Below are positions 61,791-64,000 of a stretch of 64,000 nucleotides of DNA, piece after piece. The notes beneath the pieces are model-generated. The model was not told where the DNA came from. It did not search any database and saw only the letters and a program-made list of their open reading frames with translations. The DNA is taken from assembly GCA_002104945.1 (NCBI GenBank), contig MCFH01000026.1, positions 372,001 through 436,000 of the forward strand, written 5' to 3'. The translations under genes and the position numbers were made by a program. The DNA comes from Piromyces finnis finn (Eukaryota; Fungi; Neocallimastigomycota). Every line of letters begins with the position of its first letter. Position 1 is the stretch's first letter.

Positions 61791-64000
61791 ATGGATACCA
61801 ATACTTCTGAATTAAAAGAAATTTGGAAAAAATCAATACCTCAAGATCATTGGGCTTCTATACAGAGAGTTTCTCAACTCATTGATGGTAACTCATTAGA
61901 CTATTGTATAAAGCGTTGGGTAGACGAAGCAAACATTCTTTATGGAACAATAAACATTAATAGTCAAACCACTCTTGAAACCACTGTAATGTCAAATTCT
62001 GAAAATGGTTTAATTATAGATAATTCAACAGAAGAAAATTTATTAGATTATCTTATTGGTCCTTACCGAAAATGTGAATTAATGTTGGCTCTTTTATGTA
62101 TAAAAAAAAGGAACTTGATAGAATTTAGAGAAAAAATAGAAAAAGTAAGTTGTTAATGATAAGGATACTTTTGCATTAATTATATTTGAATAAATATTAA
62201 TTTGACTTTTTTTTTTTTCAAATAAATACTATACAATGTATATAAATATTATATATATTATGTTTTTTTTTTATAATATTATTACCTTATTTGTTCAATT
62301 CTATAAATTATTATGATTATTATTATGATATATATATTCCTATTCATGTATATTAACTATTGTTATTTTATATCTAATCTTACCATCATATAATTATAAT
62401 AATACCTTTGATATTTTTTTCCCAATATGATATTATTTAAATATTCAAACTTTTCAAAATAAAAAAAAATTCCACCTTTTTTAATTTTCCTTATTCGGTA
62501 AAAATTAAACTTATAATGTCATTAAAAAAAAATAGATACTACAATTAGCAAGACAAGATGCTGAAAATGATAAATTAAATAAGAATTTTATTGGTAGTGT
62601 TGCCAGTGCAATTAGAAATTATATTACCACTCCAGGAGGACAATATAATTGTGAAATAGAAAAAGATGATAAATGTTTTGAAAGAGGGGTCAAAAATGTG
62701 ATAGCATCATGTAAGAATAAGCTTTTTTTTTATTCATTTATTAAATAATAAAAATTTTATATAGTTTACCCTTTTTTTTTTTCTAATGATGAATAATATT
62801 AGAAAGAATTTTACTAATTAATTTAAAAAAAAAAAATTGAATGAGAGATATTATTTAAATTGGTTAATTTTATTATTATTATTATTTATTTATTTAATAA
62901 GATTGTTCTTTCAATGAACTAATTTTTTTTTTAATATTTTAATACATACTCTTTTTTTTTTTTTTTATTTTATGATTCCCCTTCTCTATTCCCTCATTTT
63001 ATCATTTAGTATCAGAATACCCAAAATGTCATCCTCCAACCCTCATGTATATAAGACATCAACCAAAAGAAGAATACTTACAAAAAAGTGGAATACAATG
63101 GAAACCTAATTGTGCAATAATATCAGATGATAAAAAAAGAATTGAACTATTAGAAAAAAAAATACCAGGAATAACTGGTATATATATATATTTATTTATT
63201 TATTTATTTATTTATTAAAAAAATATAAATATATATATTTACATAGATAGAAAGATAGATAGATTATTAAAATTTACATGTAATCTAATTATATAATTTA
63301 TATATAAATATGTTTAATTCATATAATCTATTTTATTTTCGGGTTTGCTTCAATTGGTAATTATATAGTCACCTCACCAACATCAATTAAACCACCAGTG
63401 AAAAAAGATGAAAAACCCTCCTTCCTCAGAAGAAAACAACCATCCTACTCATTCTTAAGAAATTCATCCAATAGACCAACCATGAGACAAAGTAAATAAA
63501 GAATTAAGCGAATTGTTTGAAGAATAAGAAAAAAAAAGAAACCTTTTTTTTTTAAAAAAATTTCACAAAAATTAATTTTTATTTTTATTATTGAAATAAA
63601 TTAATATAAAATAGATGATATAAATATATCCTCTGGAGGTGTATCTCTGTTAGCAAGAAAGAATAATGGACCAAGAAGAAATATGTTATTAGATTTAGAA
63701 GAAGTTAATCGTTTGAATCAAATACAAGAAGAAGAGAAACGGTTAGCACAAAAAAGAGAAGAAGAAGAAAAAGCAGCAGCTGAAAGAGAAAAAGAGAGAA
63801 AGAAAAAAGAAGAATTAGCCAGAAAGCAAAAAGAAAAAGAAGAAAGAGAAAGGGAACGTATGGAAAAACGTAAAAAGAAACAAAAAGAAGCAGAAGAAGA
63901 AAAGAAAAGAAAAGAAGCCCTTAAAGAAGCCAAAGAAAAGGAAGCACGAGAAAAAGAAAAAAAGAAACAGGAAGCCTTAGCTGCAGCACGTGAAGCTAAA
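61791..64000 (+). CDS. NELFA: NELF-A (negative elongation factor A/WHSC2)-like protein; runs off right edge
   Basis: Exons 61791-62144, 62536-62710, 63010-63177, 63369-63491, 63615->64000 splice in frame (phases 0,1,1,1). The product aligns by eye with human NELF-A as I recall it: DHWASIQRVSQLID~ELWAPPSIASLLT; RKCELMLALLCIKKRNLIEFREKIEKILQLARQD~VKLKLLLGTLHLPRRTVDEMKGALMEIIQLASLD; PPTLMYI~PLECQYL; RIELLEK~RAELLQK; MLLDLEEV~KLLDISEL. A possible extra 5' exon lies at 60951-60981. Confidence 0.68.

Noticed and set aside
63718-63933. Minus-strand F/S/L-rich ORF
   Set aside because: Antisense of the E/K/R coil of the NELF-A-like gene.
10513-64000. RTF1 and NELF-A-like gene as a Pol II elongation cluster
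   Set aside because: They are about 47 kb apart with unrelated genes between; co-occurrence is probably chance.

Overview
Extremely AT-rich eukaryotic DNA with long poly-A/T tracts, microsatellites and short GT-AG introns. An axonemal dynein gene, a fungal CBM1 relic, intronless bacterial-like enzymes and a giant ankyrin gene together suggest an anaerobic gut fungus (Neocallimastigomycota); this is inferred from gene content only. Left to right: 5' part of axonemal dynein intermediate chain DNAI2 (-); two tandem intronless bacterial-type NAD(P)-binding epimerase/atypical SDR genes (-); NUFIP1/Rsa1 (-) head-to-head with RTF1 (+); an unknown coiled-coil gene (-); four secreted alpha/beta-hydrolase esterases (+) in an A-B-A-B pattern, the fourth frameshifted; a single-exon 2278-aa ankyrin/helical-repeat protein (-); an atypical casein kinase 1 (+); a 7TM GPCR-like gene (+) flanked by decayed secreted-protein genes; and, running off the right edge, a multi-exon gene whose manually spliced product resembles NELF-A, the Pol II pausing factor subunit. 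The NELF-A-like gene is the top candidate. Other highlights are a duplicated non-coding hairpin with an apparent compensatory base-pair change, a ~40-aa non-ankyrin repeat block, and paralog divergence concentrated at the epimerase active site. No rRNA, tRNA or CRISPR array was seen. Exon structures and homology calls were made by eye without searches.
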